A stretch of DNA of 64,000 nucleotides from Dimorphilus gyrociliatus (GCA_904063045.1 CAJFCJ010000005.1:1503988-1567987); one strand, 5' to 3'. Counted from the stretch's first letter, positions 13,290-27,255 are shown. Made by a program: numbers and translations. The notes: generated by a model not told the origin, from the letters alone.

Positions 13290-14325
13290 TTCTTTGATTT
13301 ATAATTATATAGCATATTTTTACACAGTCTGCATGTTTAATTAAATATAAATTAGGAGAAGTAGTTACATTTAGTTACTAATAAATAATATTGTAACACT
13401 TATCTCGTTATAAAAGAATACATCCAGCTAGAGTTTACGTAGAATTTGGAATATTATAACAAACTTGAAAAGTGTGCAACTCTGTAATGTTCAGCTTCTC
13501 GATAATTAGTCTACATTCAACCCTCGAGATCTATTTACTTGAAAGTTCGCTAATTATATCATGATAGAACTAATATAATATACATTTAATACGTGCTTTA
13601 TTTCATATACATGTATACTAATATACAATATATATAAAGTATCTGTTGTTTGTTAGATTATCCTAAATAAAGATGTCAAAGTATACATTCTAATAAAAGA
13701 AGTAAATAGTTTTATTTTCACACTAATATTTCTATTGTAATCGGGCAAAACTGTCCTGAGTACCATTCACGTTTAAAGAAAACGTCAAAAGTTAACTCTT
13801 TCATACTTGACAGCCTGATAGCTTGATAGTTTACTTATAATCCTTCAATTTGGATATTAAATTTAAATTTGATCTATAATTATCGAACGTAAAAATTATT
13901 GAGACCGAGGCAACTAAAGAGTTCAGATAATTGATGCTTTATATAGTTTTCAAATAACTCTAGAGGTGTCGCATACAGGGACTCTAATGAAGAAGCAATT
14001 GGCCATCAACTATCGCCTCCTATAATCTATAGTTGAGCGCATGAGTCTCTTATCAATTTTACATTTGTAGAAGCGTCTCAATAAAACATCGTTCATACTT
14101 AACAAGGTAAGAAATATTTCACTAAATTTTACAAGAAATATTCAATATATCAATTCGTTTGACGTTCTGAAAGAAGAATTCTTAGCCTAGGCTGAGGTTA
14201 TAGGTTATAAGGCAGATTTTAATCATTTTGATTAGATCTACATTATGAGAGAGTAATTATTGGCAAACAATAAGCATGCTGAAAAATCAGCCGTTAAGTA
14301 CGGAAGTCGAATATGAAAAGTTTGT

Positions 14326-15960
14326 CTAATTTTTTTCATCGAGGTCCTTTGAAATTTCTATGGAAACTCGAATTGCACTCTCAATTGCGCCTTCTATCCA
14401 TCCGTGGAAATCCGATGTTTGTTCTCCGGCGAAGTGGATGCGACCATGAGTCTCTTGAAAACTTTTCCTGAAATGATTTGTACATTGTCCAGGTAGGCAC
14501 ATAGAAAATCCTCCTCTTGAGAACGGATCTTTTGACCATTTTTTCACCACAGCATTTTTATACAAAGACTTCACATCCATTTTAAACATATTTGATAATT
14601 GTGTAATATGGCCTTCTATGATTTGTGAATCAGACATATTTGCTAGTTCTCTGGCTTTATCGCCTTCACCTAAAGCTCCGTAGAAAACATTTCGTCCAGA
14701 ATATTTTCCAGGTACATTCATTGGTCCTGTATCCCAATCTGTAATGATATCTCCTTCTTTAACTCCAAAAGATTCCCAGAAAGGTTTTGAAAATATTTCA
14801 ACAACTCTAGTTCCCGTTTCGAAATGCATTTTGTCAATTGCTTCTCGTTTCAAAGAAGTCAATTTAGGTTGAAATTTCAATACTCGTAGCGCACCCAAAG
14901 ATGTCGCAACAACAACGTAGTCAGAACATTCCTTTTCTAATTTAGATTGACCATTGATTTTATAGTAAACACAAGCGTAATCTTTCTTCGTTGATACTTT
15001 TACTACTGTAGAATTGAACTGGATAGTATTATTCTTTAGGCTCGATGCGACAGATTTTGGGAGATTGTCAAGGCCTGAATTTACTAGTTTTGCGGGAGCA
15101 GCACCGTACGTAAACATCATAAGTACGAACTCGTACATGGAAATAGATCTCATTTCATAAAAATATGATAAATACAGAATATTTTTAGTTAGTTCATTTG
15201 AAAATTTACACTTTTTTCTACAGTAATCTTCCAACGAAAACTTATCAAAATATTCAAGAGCATCCATCCAAGTTCTTGATTCTATATCATCCATAATTTG
15301 TTCTTGAAATATTTGCATATTTTCGGCAATAGTAGAATTAGTTTCCGGTTTGTCAAAAACATAGCTAAAAGGGTTTTTTTCCCTCAAAGCAGCTTTGTAT
15401 CGCTTTATTCTTCCATTTAATGCAATTAAATTGTTATTGACGATCCTACGAAACGATGAAACTTTTATCGAAAAATTAGACATGATAGATAATGCAAATA
15501 TGTGTGTAACAGGTATTTGAAGAGCGCCAAGTTCCCCTTTCCATCCAGACGGATCCCTATACGTATGAATTCGTCCACCAACTCTATTGCTAGCCTCAAA
15601 TATTTTCACCCTTTGGCCCATTTGCTGTAACAGTTTTGCTGTAACAGTTCCTGATATTCCAGCTCCCAGTATTATAACTTTCTTTGACATATCCTTTCTT
15701 AACGGTCCTAAAAATTGAATTCAAATGTAGTTAGATCTTATTTAAGTATAGAATCTAAAAATCTCACCATCATTTAGGAAATTGTAGTATTGAAAAAAGT
15801 CATATCTTGTAGGGGGTAAAGACATTTGATTAGCCCTTTCATAATGCAACTTCGGAGGATTTTTCGGATATCTATAATTAGTGTTCGATACATGACAAAC
15901 TGTAACTAACGGTTCAAACAATAAAATCACAAATAAACAGAATTTTTTACAATTTTCCAT
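14326..15960 (-). CDS. Secreted L-amino acid oxidase-like flavin amine oxidase, copy 1 (exons 15960-15768, 15707-14326)
   Basis: Signal peptide MENCKKFCLFVILLFEPLVTVC; GAGISG FAD motif, EASNRVGGRI, KKWSKDPFSRGG, IHFAGEQT..HGWIEGAIESA; one 60-bp GT-AG intron. Confidence 0.9.
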
Positions 15961-16651
15961 AACTGGCTCTCTTTCAATAAAGTACAATAATGATTTAATA
16001 TGCTTTTAGAAAAGCTCAAACTTAATATATAGGCCTTTTTCTATTCTGTAATGCACAACGAGTTTAATCATATTGAAGAGGTTCACAATTTTTCAAAGCC
16101 TTAGATTTCGTTTTATTATTTAAAATTTCATCTTGGAAGGTGAGTTCTTTAAAAAAATCATCTATAGCACTATTTCATTTTTACACTCAATCATTATGTA
16201 ATATATTTAATTTATTCAACATCTATAATATTATCAAAAGTTATTTTTGTCTATAGTAAACAATATTTCAAAACATTATAGTAAGTTAGATTGCCGTGTA
16301 ATTCGAAAAGCTATTAAAAAATCTTTTCATTAATTAATAACGAATTTTCTCTCTTTTTACAAGGAGCTAATCGATGTAAATTTAACTGTATATGATCGTA
16401 TTGAAAAATCCAATTTGTAAATATCAACTCCAATATTTGTTCATTTCCCATCATAGACAATTACTTTACATTCTAATCTAGGAAGCACAATAAAGATTAA
16501 TATCACGATATATTTCCATAAAAAGAGTCTAATTTTTTCTGTGTATAATTTGAAAAGTTCTCTTTATCTACAGATTTTAATAATTATTTTTAATATTTCA
16601 GATATAAACTTAGAAAGTAATACAATCCAACTTTAATTAACACTTCTACTC

Positions 16652-17777
16652 ATGAAAATGACACTCTCCTCTACTATTTTACGATTTTTAACTATAGTCA
16701 TCCTGTTTGCTTCTACCTCTCAATGTAAATACGAATCTCGTTTATTTAAAGAAAGCTTTTATCATTTATATCTAACATTTTATTACTTTAAAGCTTTTCA
16801 AGATTGCGAAAAGGTCGAAGGAAAGGGGATAATCATTACGGGTGCTTCTAAGGGAATTGGTAGAGAAATAGCTAAACAGTTATCAAAATGTAACGTTAAT
16901 TTGATGGCGGTCGGTAGAAATGTTGAAAATTTAGAATCATTGCAAGAGTTTATGACATCTAACAATGAAAAAGGAACGTTTACAACCCTATCCATAGACG
17001 TTGCAAAGGAAGGAAACCCTAAGAAATTAGTTCAAGTTATTATATTTCTTAGCTAAAACAATCATTCACTCTCTGTGAAAATAACGACTTATTTGCAGAA
17101 GGCTCTAACACAATTCAACAAGATCGATCACGTTTTTTTCTCACATGCCCTTTTAGGAAATTATTCCCACTTTACTGGATTGGAAGAAGACTTCGATTTA
17201 ATTAGACAGATGATGGAAGTTAATTTCTATTCAGTTACTCGTTTGATCGCAGAAATTACAAAATATTCTAAAGGTTATATACCAAATTTTATAATATTTT
17301 CATCTCAACTGGGTAAGTTTACATTAAATAATCATTTGTAAAATTTCAAAAAGATGTTTACAGTTGCCGAGCCTCATCCTACGACATTCGCTTATTGTGT
17401 AAGTAAATCTGCTCTTATTGCCTTCGCCAAGACACTGCAATTTAAGCTTTATCAAAAGCAAATATCTGTAAAAATAGTTGATGTACCGGGAACTGGTATG
17501 TTTTTCTGTTTATATTATATCATATTTGCTTACAAATATAATTGTTATAATAGATACACATGGTCTCTATACAAGTCATAAAATCTTTTATCACAATTAT
17601 AATAATAAAGAACGCTCAAGTAAACTGGGGAAAGATTTCGATGAATTTTTCGAGTTGAAGGTAAAACCCCATTTGGCAGATGTGAAAGATGTTGCTGAAG
17701 ACATAATCTTATCAGCATTAGGCAATGAAGAACATGTTGACCTAGTGGAGAAGCATAAGCGTCATTCTGAATTATAG
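16652..17777 (+). CDS. Classical short-chain dehydrogenase/reductase with N-terminal signal/anchor (11beta-HSD1-like), about 5 exons
   Basis: TGASKGIG cofactor motif, SS, YCVSK catalytic motif; hydrophobic N-terminus; small GT-AG introns link the ORF-track pieces. Confidence 0.85.
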
Positions 17778-17903
17778 AAATGCTTTGAATGTGATCTTTT
17801 ATTAATTAGAACGCATAGTGATAACATTATTTGTAATACAGTATAAAAAATATAAACAAACTTTTTATTACATAGATAACAAATCTTTATCAATGACGAC
17901 TTT

Positions 17904-19597
17904 CTAGTCAGTTCTTTTCTGTATTTCTAGAGCCACCCGTATTCCACTTTCGACAGCACCTTCCACCCAAGCGTGACTATCTGAAGTATGTTCCCCGGCA
18001 AAGTGTATTCTACCAGAAGATTTTTTCAAATTCTTGTTAAAATCATTAGAACATTGTTTGGGAAGGCAAAGAGAGAATCCCCCTAAACTAAAAGGATCAT
18101 TCAGCCATTTATAAACTACTCCACTATCAAACACAGTTTTTACTTTCTTTCTGAACAGTGTTGATAACTTATTTAAATGATATTCTATCAAGTCTAATTC
18201 CGATAAACCATTCAGCAAATGTGTTGTCCGACCTTCACCAACCCCACCATAAATTAGAGATCTTTCCACTTGTCTTCCAGGAATATTTATAGACCCTGTA
18301 TGCCAATCAGTTGTGATATCACCTTGATAAATACCTTCAGATTCCCAAAAAGGCGTTTTGAATTTTTCAACAATTCTAGTTGCCGATTCAAAGTTCATAT
18401 TGTTTATTGCCCTTTGTTTCTTTACATCAAGTTTTGGCTTAAAGTTGATTATCTTTAAGGCAGCTGTTTAAAAGGAATTTTCAAATGAATTAGGTATGTA
18501 ATTTTTTTCTGTAACAGATATGAATTTGTCACCTATTGACGTTGCTACAATAACATACTCTGCACATTCTGTTTCTATTTCTGTACTTTTGTTTATTGAG
18601 TAATGCACGCATGAATATGTTTTACGATCGCTTATTCTTTGAACCTTTGCCTTAAATAGAATAGTATTATTGGCAAAATCTTCCGATATCTTTCTAGGAA
18701 GGTTATCCAAACCATCCTTAACAACTTGCGGATATTCAATATTAAATGAGAACATCATTCTAATGAGTTCGTACATGCTCACATAACTTAAGCCTTCAAA
18801 ATTCATGCAAAATAATATTTGTTGAATAGCTGCTTCTGAAAAGTTGCAACAATTTTCTAAATATTCTTTAACTGAAAAACTATCCATATAAGTCATAGCC
18901 TTCTTCCAATCCAACTTCTCTAAGTCATCTAAAATAGCTTCTTCATACATTTGAATCAATTCAGACACAGTATACCTGCTCTCTTCCTTTGTAAAATCCA
19001 ATTTAAATGGATTTTTTTTCAAGCTAAATATACTCTCTCGTAAACGGATCCCATTCATAAAAAGAAAATTTCGACTACCAGTCCGTTGGAATGGTACGAT
19101 ATTTAATGAATAATTTCTTATTAAAGATAGTACTAATTTATGACAATCTAGAATTTGAATAGCTCCTAACTCCCCCACCCAACCTGACGGATGTCTAAAA
19201 GTTTTAATACGGCCGCCAACTTTATCACTAGCTTCAATAATCTTAATGTTATGACCCATTTGTTTTAGCAGCCTACCCGCTGTTAATCCAGACATTCCCG
19301 CACCAACAATGATAACTTTTTTTGACGCTTTATTCCTCATTGGACCTAAAAAATAAGTCCTTAAATGCACATTTATATTAGAAAATACAATAGAACTATA
19401 CCATGATTTAGTATTTCTAAGTATTTTTCGTAATTGAACCTCTTAGGTGGGGGTGCTATCCGTTGCATTCTTTGATGATGCGCTTCAGTTTGTTCATTCT
19501 GTAACGATCTTAAACGTTTCTCCCAATGTTGACAAATAATTCTGGAAAAAGTTAAAAAAAAGAATGCAGAAAACTCTAAACCACTGCAAATGTTCAT
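17904..19597 (-). CDS. Secreted L-amino acid oxidase-like flavin amine oxidase, copy 2 (3 exons; introns near 19405-19351 and 18532-18464)
   Basis: GAGMSG, EASDKVGGRI, KWLNDPFSLGG, IHFAGEHT..HAWVEGAVESG; collinear paralog of copy 1; putative signal peptide MNICSGLEFSAFFFLTFS. Confidence 0.9.
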
Positions 19598-22301
19598 GAT
19601 GATATCTGAAAGAGTAATGAAATATAAAACTACTCTTGCAGCTTTTAAATCATTTATTTATTACAATTAAATCGACTTGACTATTTACCTCTAACTGGGA
19701 GAACTCTCAAAATATTAAATACTATTTAATAAGCCCGAGTAGTTTAATAAAGTTATCTATTTTAAAATATTCTCCACATTTTTAGTTTAAGAGTAGCTCA
19801 AGTTCAATATAAATGATTTTTTTCAGTAGATAATAGATATAATACCCATAATGCAATTTTGCTCTATTAATATTTGCATGAAGAAATGTATATGTCAATG
19901 TTTGAAAATTAAAAACTGTTCCAAAACACTGAATAGAAAACGCATTATCGTGAGAGTATAATCATTATAGTGTTTTTTAAAGTTAACAAAAAACTGGTAT
20001 CAGAAATCTCTCAAACAGGATTAAAACTAGTCTAATGTTACATTTATTAATTATTTATTGAAAAATATATCAGTTAAAAAAATAATGTATGTTGTTAAAC
20101 AAAGACATCCTCTCCTGAAGTACTGGTTTACCTTACATTTTTTTGTTTAACGCGACTACTCTTAAGTAATTGTCGCAAATGTTATAAAGATTTCTCAGAT
20201 ACGCAATCATAATGATCGATCATATTCAATTCATTCTTTCTTTAGAAAATTGTTTGAACAGCTACCTCAGTTACAGAGTTTGCTGATCTCAATCGAAGAA
20301 CGTCTATTCGATTTTTTATTTCCTGGCAATTTGTTATTCCATTTTCTAAAAAAATAGTTACTTGTAGCTCTCCTTGAGTCAGGTGTCTCTAATTCAAGAT
20401 ATTGTACACCTGTTTCAGAAACTACAATAACCGTTACAGCTGCATCTTTATTATTTTGCTTAAAGAGTCTCTAAGCTTTTGAGCGTAACCTTCCTACGCA
20501 AACTTGTAAGAACATGATCAGCCGACGCTCCATCTCCTGCTCTACTTAACTCGGACAAGATCAATGTTAAACTCCACTTTCATTCTGCTACATACATCAT
20601 GGCTAAAATGCAAGTCATGCAATTGAATGAAAATTAACTTCTATTGTTTCATTCATATTCTTAACATCCTTCTTTTCATCCACTCCTATTGGAATAGTCT
20701 TTCAAAAAGACCATTTTTCCTGACTTCAATTACTTATTTGGCAGTACTTTCTCTTAGTGAACCAGCCACTATATAACTATCAGTTGCGTTTTTTGGTCCC
20801 ACTTTAATCATAGATTTAACGCCCTTGCAAATCAATGAAATGTACGTAGAAATATAACAATCAATAATGAAAACTATAACTCTTGTAATCTATTAATATT
20901 TCTAGTAGTTACAATAGCCGTTGTACTTTGTGTAGTGAAAACATGTGCTTTTTCTATAACAATATCACTAGATTCACCAGTAAAAAATATGCTTATATAT
21001 AACAGATGAAAATTCAACATAAAACGTTTCTACTACAATTCAAATAACTATACGAAATAAACTTTTAATGTGTGTTACTACAAATATTTGAATTTCTGAA
21101 CTGCCTCTTTCTCTCTGTTTACTCTGTTCAAAAAAGGTTCCTCAAGCTTTTAATAAGCTAATTGTTCAATCACCTAATATTTATTTAGTAATATATCATC
21201 AAGACTATTATTAGATTAGAAACGTACAAATTATACAATGTTCTATTTATAAATTATTTATAAATCTGTTAAATTAATAAGTACCCATACTATATGTATT
21301 GAGCAACATTCTTTCATGTCCTAAACGCTTCGCAATTATGTGACAGCTTCAATGACTGTAATATTACCACCATTTTAATGCCTTATACACAATTCATCAT
21401 TGTAAAAAGTTAAACTCTCTCGCTCAGTTCAATCATTTTCAAAGTAAGCTAGTCATTCTAACAAAATATCAGCAGACACTTAATTAAAATTAAGTGAATT
21501 TCATTTGAACTTTACAGAAATACAATAAAATAACTTGAATTAATTTTCTATAGCTATGAAATATCTTTGATCATATTACCATTTCTAGTTATAATAAAAA
21601 TGTGTCACATTCAATCGGTATTGCTCGCTAGTTATACTTAAATGTAAAAAAGAATTATTTAAAATAGCCCTTTATTTGAGATTGATGATGTTTGTATTGT
21701 TTTGTATGTTTTTAAATAGGAAAATCCAGTGAGTATTACAATATTGAGCTATTTTAAAGAAAATCATTTTTCTCTGTTGTATATACATATATTGCATATA
21801 AGTTAAGAATAAAATTGCTTGTTTTGAATTCAAAATAGTAAACGGTAGGTGTATATAATATTAAAAATAACTTTTCAGTAGTTTTACATTAATTCCATAA
21901 GAACAAAACATCCTACTCTTAAATATCTTAAAAGTATACAATAACGCCTTAAAAAAATACTTTATCTGTCTACACATTGCACAGCTGTAAATAATTGGTC
22001 TTTTAGCTAAAAAAAAATTATCACCATCAATCAAGATTTGGCATGCAAGCGGAAATTTAAATTAACAGCTAATTGCACAGAATGCAATTAGTTCAAAACA
22101 CATATAACATGCGTTAGGGAAACATTACAGGTGCTGAAATACAATGTGAATAATAATTAACGTAAGCACATTGTGTTGGTATAACTTTAAAATTTACGAG
22201 CAAATTGTACAAAAATGTTTCTTTCAAGCATTTTGTGATATATTATGAATCAACATCTTATAAGAGAACAGAAATACCCGAGATCAGTAAAAATTTTGCT
22301 A

Positions 22302-23899
22302 CTATTCTGATGCAGAGACGCCATCTGAAGCTTCTGCATGAACTATTCGAAAGGTATCGGGTGTTAAAGGTACAGCTGAAATCTGGACATCATCATTATT
22401 TGCAACAGTTTGCTGAACAACTTGAATTTGACCAGTTCGTAAAGCCTCCAATTGTTCAGGTGTAGCATGGAAAACTTGAATTTCACTGTTAGGTGACGAA
22501 ACCATATCTACACCTTCAATTCCAAGATTTAAGTCACTAGATTCATTTGTAACATATGTAGTGTTATTCCCTGAAGAAGATGAGTTGGTGTTGGGGCGAT
22601 TTTTGAAAGCTTTTACAGTTAATGGCATTCCTTTACTTCTTCTTCTGAATGCAGTTCGACACTTAGAATCAATATTTTGTTTAATTCGATGCCAATCGCC
22701 TTCTGATATACTAAATTTGTGAATTAAATGACACCTTATACCAAATATCATTAAAGGATCCAGCTGTTTTTTTCCGTGCTTTCCCATACCCGATAAATTG
22801 CTGACCGCCTGCGTTTCCCTATCAAATAAATAGTCCAGCAGTGTAAGTGCCATTTTTTCAGCTGATCTACAGTTTGTATTTACATGCAATAAATTAGCTG
22901 GTGTAACAGGTGTTCTTACTCGTAGATTCGGATTATTTTCATCACCGAGCCATGATCCATTAGGATAGTCTGATTCGTTATTTAGAGTGATGAGAGTTAC
23001 ATTTTGCGATACATTTGCATCAGCCGGGTTAGTTACTTCCGGCGATGGAGATGTGGGTGAACTCGGCAAACTCCCGTAAGAGCGTTTTTGAGACGTTGTC
23101 GGTTTACTTATATTTTGATTCATGTAGACACCTTGACGGGGTTGAGACGTTTCAAATTTTTGTTCTAATAATTTTATGGCATTAGTCTGTTTATCAACTC
23201 TTCTTTCTAAATTATCTATCTTCTTTTCAACATTACTTAAAGTTTTTTGAATTGTGTACAATAAACTTTTAATAGATGCTTCAGCCGTGAGCTCTTCAGA
23301 TAGCCGCATTCTCTTGGAAGGTAATTCGATATGCTAAAAAGAAAACTTATTTACTTCTTGTCTCAGAATTTAAAATTTTCTAATAAAACGGAATATTTTT
23401 TTTAATATCATAATTTTTATATGGAAATTTTAATGCTATTATAAAATTAAGCATAATCTTTCTGACTTAGTGAATGACTACGAAGAAAGAATTTGCTTTA
23501 CAAATATAAAGCAAATTCAAGCTATTCCTCTTCCAAATCTCATAAATGGTTGTCAATGGGCCCTAATCAAAAACTATTTAGAAGTAAAACATACAGTTAA
23601 TCCCTGCTGCACCCATGATATTTTAATCATCTCTTTAAAAATTTACTAGTTAGGCTGGATTAACTTTAATAATTTAGTCCTTGAATTGTTTTGCCAGATT
23701 TTGAAACAAATTTCGAAATTAAATATCTACAAAAATTCAAATGAATTAATCTTTAGGTTGTGTTTACCTCTTCTTTAACGGATGTAAATGGATGTTCAGA
23801 ATATATAACTTGCATAGAATCCATTAAGGTCGCATCAACCGTTCCCTCCACAGATGTCATATCCTCCGCATCCGTATCTGCGGCGTTCGAACTTGACAT
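22302..23899 (-). CDS. BANP: BEN-domain protein BANP/SMAR1 (2 coding exons)
   Basis: NVTLITLN.ESDYPNGSWLGDENNP...CRSAEKMALTLLDYLF...SNLSGMGKHGKKQLDPL..GIRCHL...IDSKCRTA is near-identical to the BANP core. First exon MSSSNAAD...KEE (23899-23768) splices in phase 0. Confidence 0.92.
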
Positions 23900-24528
23900 C
23901 CTTTACTGCAAAAAAAAAGAACAGAATTGGTTTATTTATTCTTTTAAGTGTATAAATGCCGTTATTTTCAAATCAAATCATTGGACTATTATTTATTATT
24001 TGCTAACATATTTTGTCGAGAACTTGAGATTTTTTTGAAGTATCTAAAGCCATAATTTCTTAGTAAGTTAGATTAGTTGTTTCATACGTTCGAATAGCTT
24101 GAAATTTACCTAAAATCTCGCCGATTCCTCGAGAAAAAACGATAATGGCGATCTTCCACGTTCGTTATGCAAATGAGCTGTTCCGTTGTACTCCCTACTT
24201 ATTCTTTCCTTTCTTCATCCCCCCTCCCCATGTCGCACAGCTCTGAAGTTTAAACATGCTAAACTCATAATTATTTAAATTATATAATATATTAGGCTAC
24301 CTTTACTCCAGTAATTATTGTAAAACAGTCATTAATCTATTTTTATTAGTAAAGAACATATATATAATCATATGCAATACATATTGAAGTGATTAACAAA
24401 GGAAGTGTATTTTCACTTTTGGTCTCAAGATACTAGTTTTAAAATATTCTTATAATTTTATGATAAATGTGTTAAGGCAAAATATGCAAGAAAAAGAATA
24501 CTACTTTTGTATACAAACTAAAATAAAT

Positions 24529-25179
24529 TTAATGACTTTGCAACAATCTATTGAAAGCGGCATAAGCTGCTTCAAAGTCGCAGATCATTTGCCTCGCTTG
24601 ATTTTCATCTAAAGTTTCGTGAGCACTCATATCTCGTAGTATTCTGTACCATTCGTCCACTTTTACTTTTCCTTCGAAATCTGATGGGATCATGCTCAAT
24701 CTACTCATCGTTGAATGCAAGTCAGTCACATCATGTAATAATTCGTCGCAGGCTCTTATATCCAATCTTAATCTATCCATAACGGTGATAAATAATGACA
24801 CAATATCTGCAATACCACGACTGGTTGAACCTTTATCATCCTTAATCGTTATGGGTCGGTCCTCCTTTATTCGTTCTAAAGCTGCGGGACAATTTAATCT
24901 CATACTCTTCATAAATGACTCAACATTTGGAAATTCTTCACATTTAACTTGTTTAAATGCGGCTTTGTTTTGAACTAACAACTTGGAGCAGGCTGCAGTA
25001 TATTCTTTTGGCAGAACACTGTCTTTTATATAAGCTTTTTCCAGACATTGTAATGTTTTTATTACAGCATATAGCTCTGCTTGATTATCATATTTCTCCC
25101 TCTCCTGAGCTGTTTTATATAGTTTAATTTCCTCCAGTAGTTCAGGTCTTACAGAAACATCATGATGTTGGGAATTCAT
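24529..25179 (-). CDS. VPS28: ESCRT-I subunit VPS28, intronless
   Basis: [28 protein letters not shown]...[10 protein letters not shown]...FITVMDRL...[15 protein letters not shown]. Confidence 0.97.
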   Translation of the reverse strand: MNSQHHDVSVRPELLEEIKLYKTAQEREKYDNQAELYAVIKTLQCLEKAYIKDSVLPKEYTAACSKLLVQNKAAFKQVKCEEFPNVESFMKSMRLNCPAALERIKEDRPITIKDDKGSTSRGIADIVSLFITVMDRLRLDIRACDELLHDVTDLHSTMSRLSMIPSDFEGKVKVDEWYRILRDMSAHETLDENQARQMICDFEAAYAAFNRLLQSH

Positions 25180-25772
25180 TATCGGTTTGGTAGTTTTTTT
25201 GGTGATTCACAATAAATACTCTGCGGTCCTACAATAAACCGATTCTTTGTACCAAAAGACTTTTACACAAAATCTCTGTAAACTTTTTCACAAAAAATTT
25301 TGTACATTTTTTAAACTGACCATAAATTTTAAAAATTAACTAATGTAAATATTATTTCAGAAAAAATTTCAATGCTTCATTTACTAAAAGTGAAACGGAA
25401 GCAGATAAAGGTCAAGGTATAATGTCACCAATAGCGATCCGGTTATTCTTTTTATGAAATATAAAATTGCTGGCAATATAGTCTTTTATCTTATATCGAC
25501 ATTATCATCAAAATAAAGTTCGAAGCCAGTAATCTGAAGGATAGTAGTTCATCTAAAGTAGTTCTGTTGATACTTTAGACCCGCTGGTCAAAGTCTTGTT
25601 TATAAGTAATTTTAAAACAGTCAGTTACTCTGATTAAACTATTTCAAAGGGCAATTACTGTATTAGGTGACAACCAAATGGATTACTTCGAACAATAAAT
25701 TTTACTTTTAACATAGCCAGCATTTGCTTTATTATGTCAAACACTATCTAATATTATTAAACAGCATCAACT

Positions 25773-27255
25773 TTACAATTTTGAAGGAAGCTGTTTCATA
25801 AGTTTTTCTAACTTCATTGCAAGAGCCATATCACCCTTTATTTTCAGCTTACCGGACATAAACGCCATTGTTGGCTTTAGTTTACCCTGTAAAAATTCAA
25901 ATAAATCTCAATTATAATTGAAATTCATATGCAGTTAAACATTACCCGAAACATCTTTACGAAGTCATCACTTTTAAGAGTAAGCGTAACTCCAGAATCA
26001 CCAGGACAGTCGCCCTGTCCAATACTTCCCGAACCATTTTTCAAGTCAAGCCACCACTTTCCTTCTTCTTTGCCTTTTATATCAAATTGGTACACTCCTT
26101 GGACTTTACTAACAAGATCGTCATTTAACAAACTCTTGACAACTTCGAAAGTCTTCCCAACTTCAGAGTTTGCGCCTCCTGAGGAAGATGAGGCTGGTTC
26201 AGATGATTGACTGACTGGAGCTTCACTCTCATTACTAAGGGCAGTACCGAAGTCATCGAGGAAAAAATCAACCAACAATTTGGCATCCTTCTTAAAAGCA
26301 TACTGACTAAGGTCAGTAACCCCGCTTTCTTTAAGGACGTCATCATCTATATAAAAGTTGCCTGTGTGATCCGTTGATTTGCTTAAAATAATATAAGCTG
26401 CGTCGGACATAATATCAACTTTTCTACAATCATCTTTAATACCAGCCCCGCCTCCTATCATCTCCATGGCTGCAGTATAAATTGCAGTTCTGGGCCAAAG
26501 CGCATTGACAGCGATCTTATGGGGCTTAAATTCTTCTGCCATACCCAAAGCACACATTGACATGCCGTACTTGGCCATGGTGTAAGCAACATGATTTTGA
26601 AACCATCTTGGTTTCATATTCAATGGTGGGGAAATGTTCAAAATATGGGCATTTGTTCCCTTCTTCAAGAATGGTAGACAGGCTCTTGAGCAAAGATAAG
26701 TACCTCTGGCATTTATTCCATTCATTAAATCATACTTCTTCATATCTGTTGCCTCAGTCCCAGTTAATGATATAGCACTAGCATTGTTCACTAGCACATC
26801 AATTCCTCCAAAAGTTGAAGCAGCCTGAAAATATATATCAAACTCAAGAATATGAATAATTACATAACGAAATTTTGTTAGGAGTCCCACTTTCATTTAA
26901 GACTATGTACTATAAAGAGACCTTCATTTACTCTACTCATACCTGCTCAACAGCCGTGTTAACAGCTTTTTCGTCTCTGATATCCACGACACAGGGCAAA
27001 GCTTTGCCTCCAGCCTCTTCTATCTCTTTAGCCGCCGAAAAGATGGTTCCTGGTAGCTTTGGATGAGGTTCTGCTGTTTTTGCAGCTATGACAATATTTG
27101 CTCCATCCCTAGCGCACTTGAGAGCTATAGCTTTACCTATGCCTCTACTTGCACCAGTTATAAAGATTGTTCTGCCAGCTAATGCACTGAAAAGTTTTGG
27201 AGTTAATATATCGAAGTTTATACATATATAATTGTTACCCTGTGTTTGCTGCCAT
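25773..27255 (-). CDS. HSDL2: Hydroxysteroid dehydrogenase-like protein 2 (SDR + SCP2 domain)
   Basis: ITGASRGIGKAIALKCARDGANIVIAAKTAEPHPKLPGTI; HVAYTMAKYGMS; C-terminal SCP2 ...GKLKPTMAFMSGKLKIKGDMALAMKLE; stop at 25773. Confidence 0.95.

Noticed and set aside
13896-14084. 10-bp inverted repeat TTATTGAGAC...GTCTCAATAA, possible MITE
   Set aside because: Too short, no target-site duplication, no second copy in the window.
20220-20880. Coding-like patches on both strands (67-codon minus frame; LRR-like LFEQLPQLQSLLIS on plus)
   Set aside because: Frames are broken by stops and could not be joined by plausible introns; may be decayed sequence or BANP 3'UTR.
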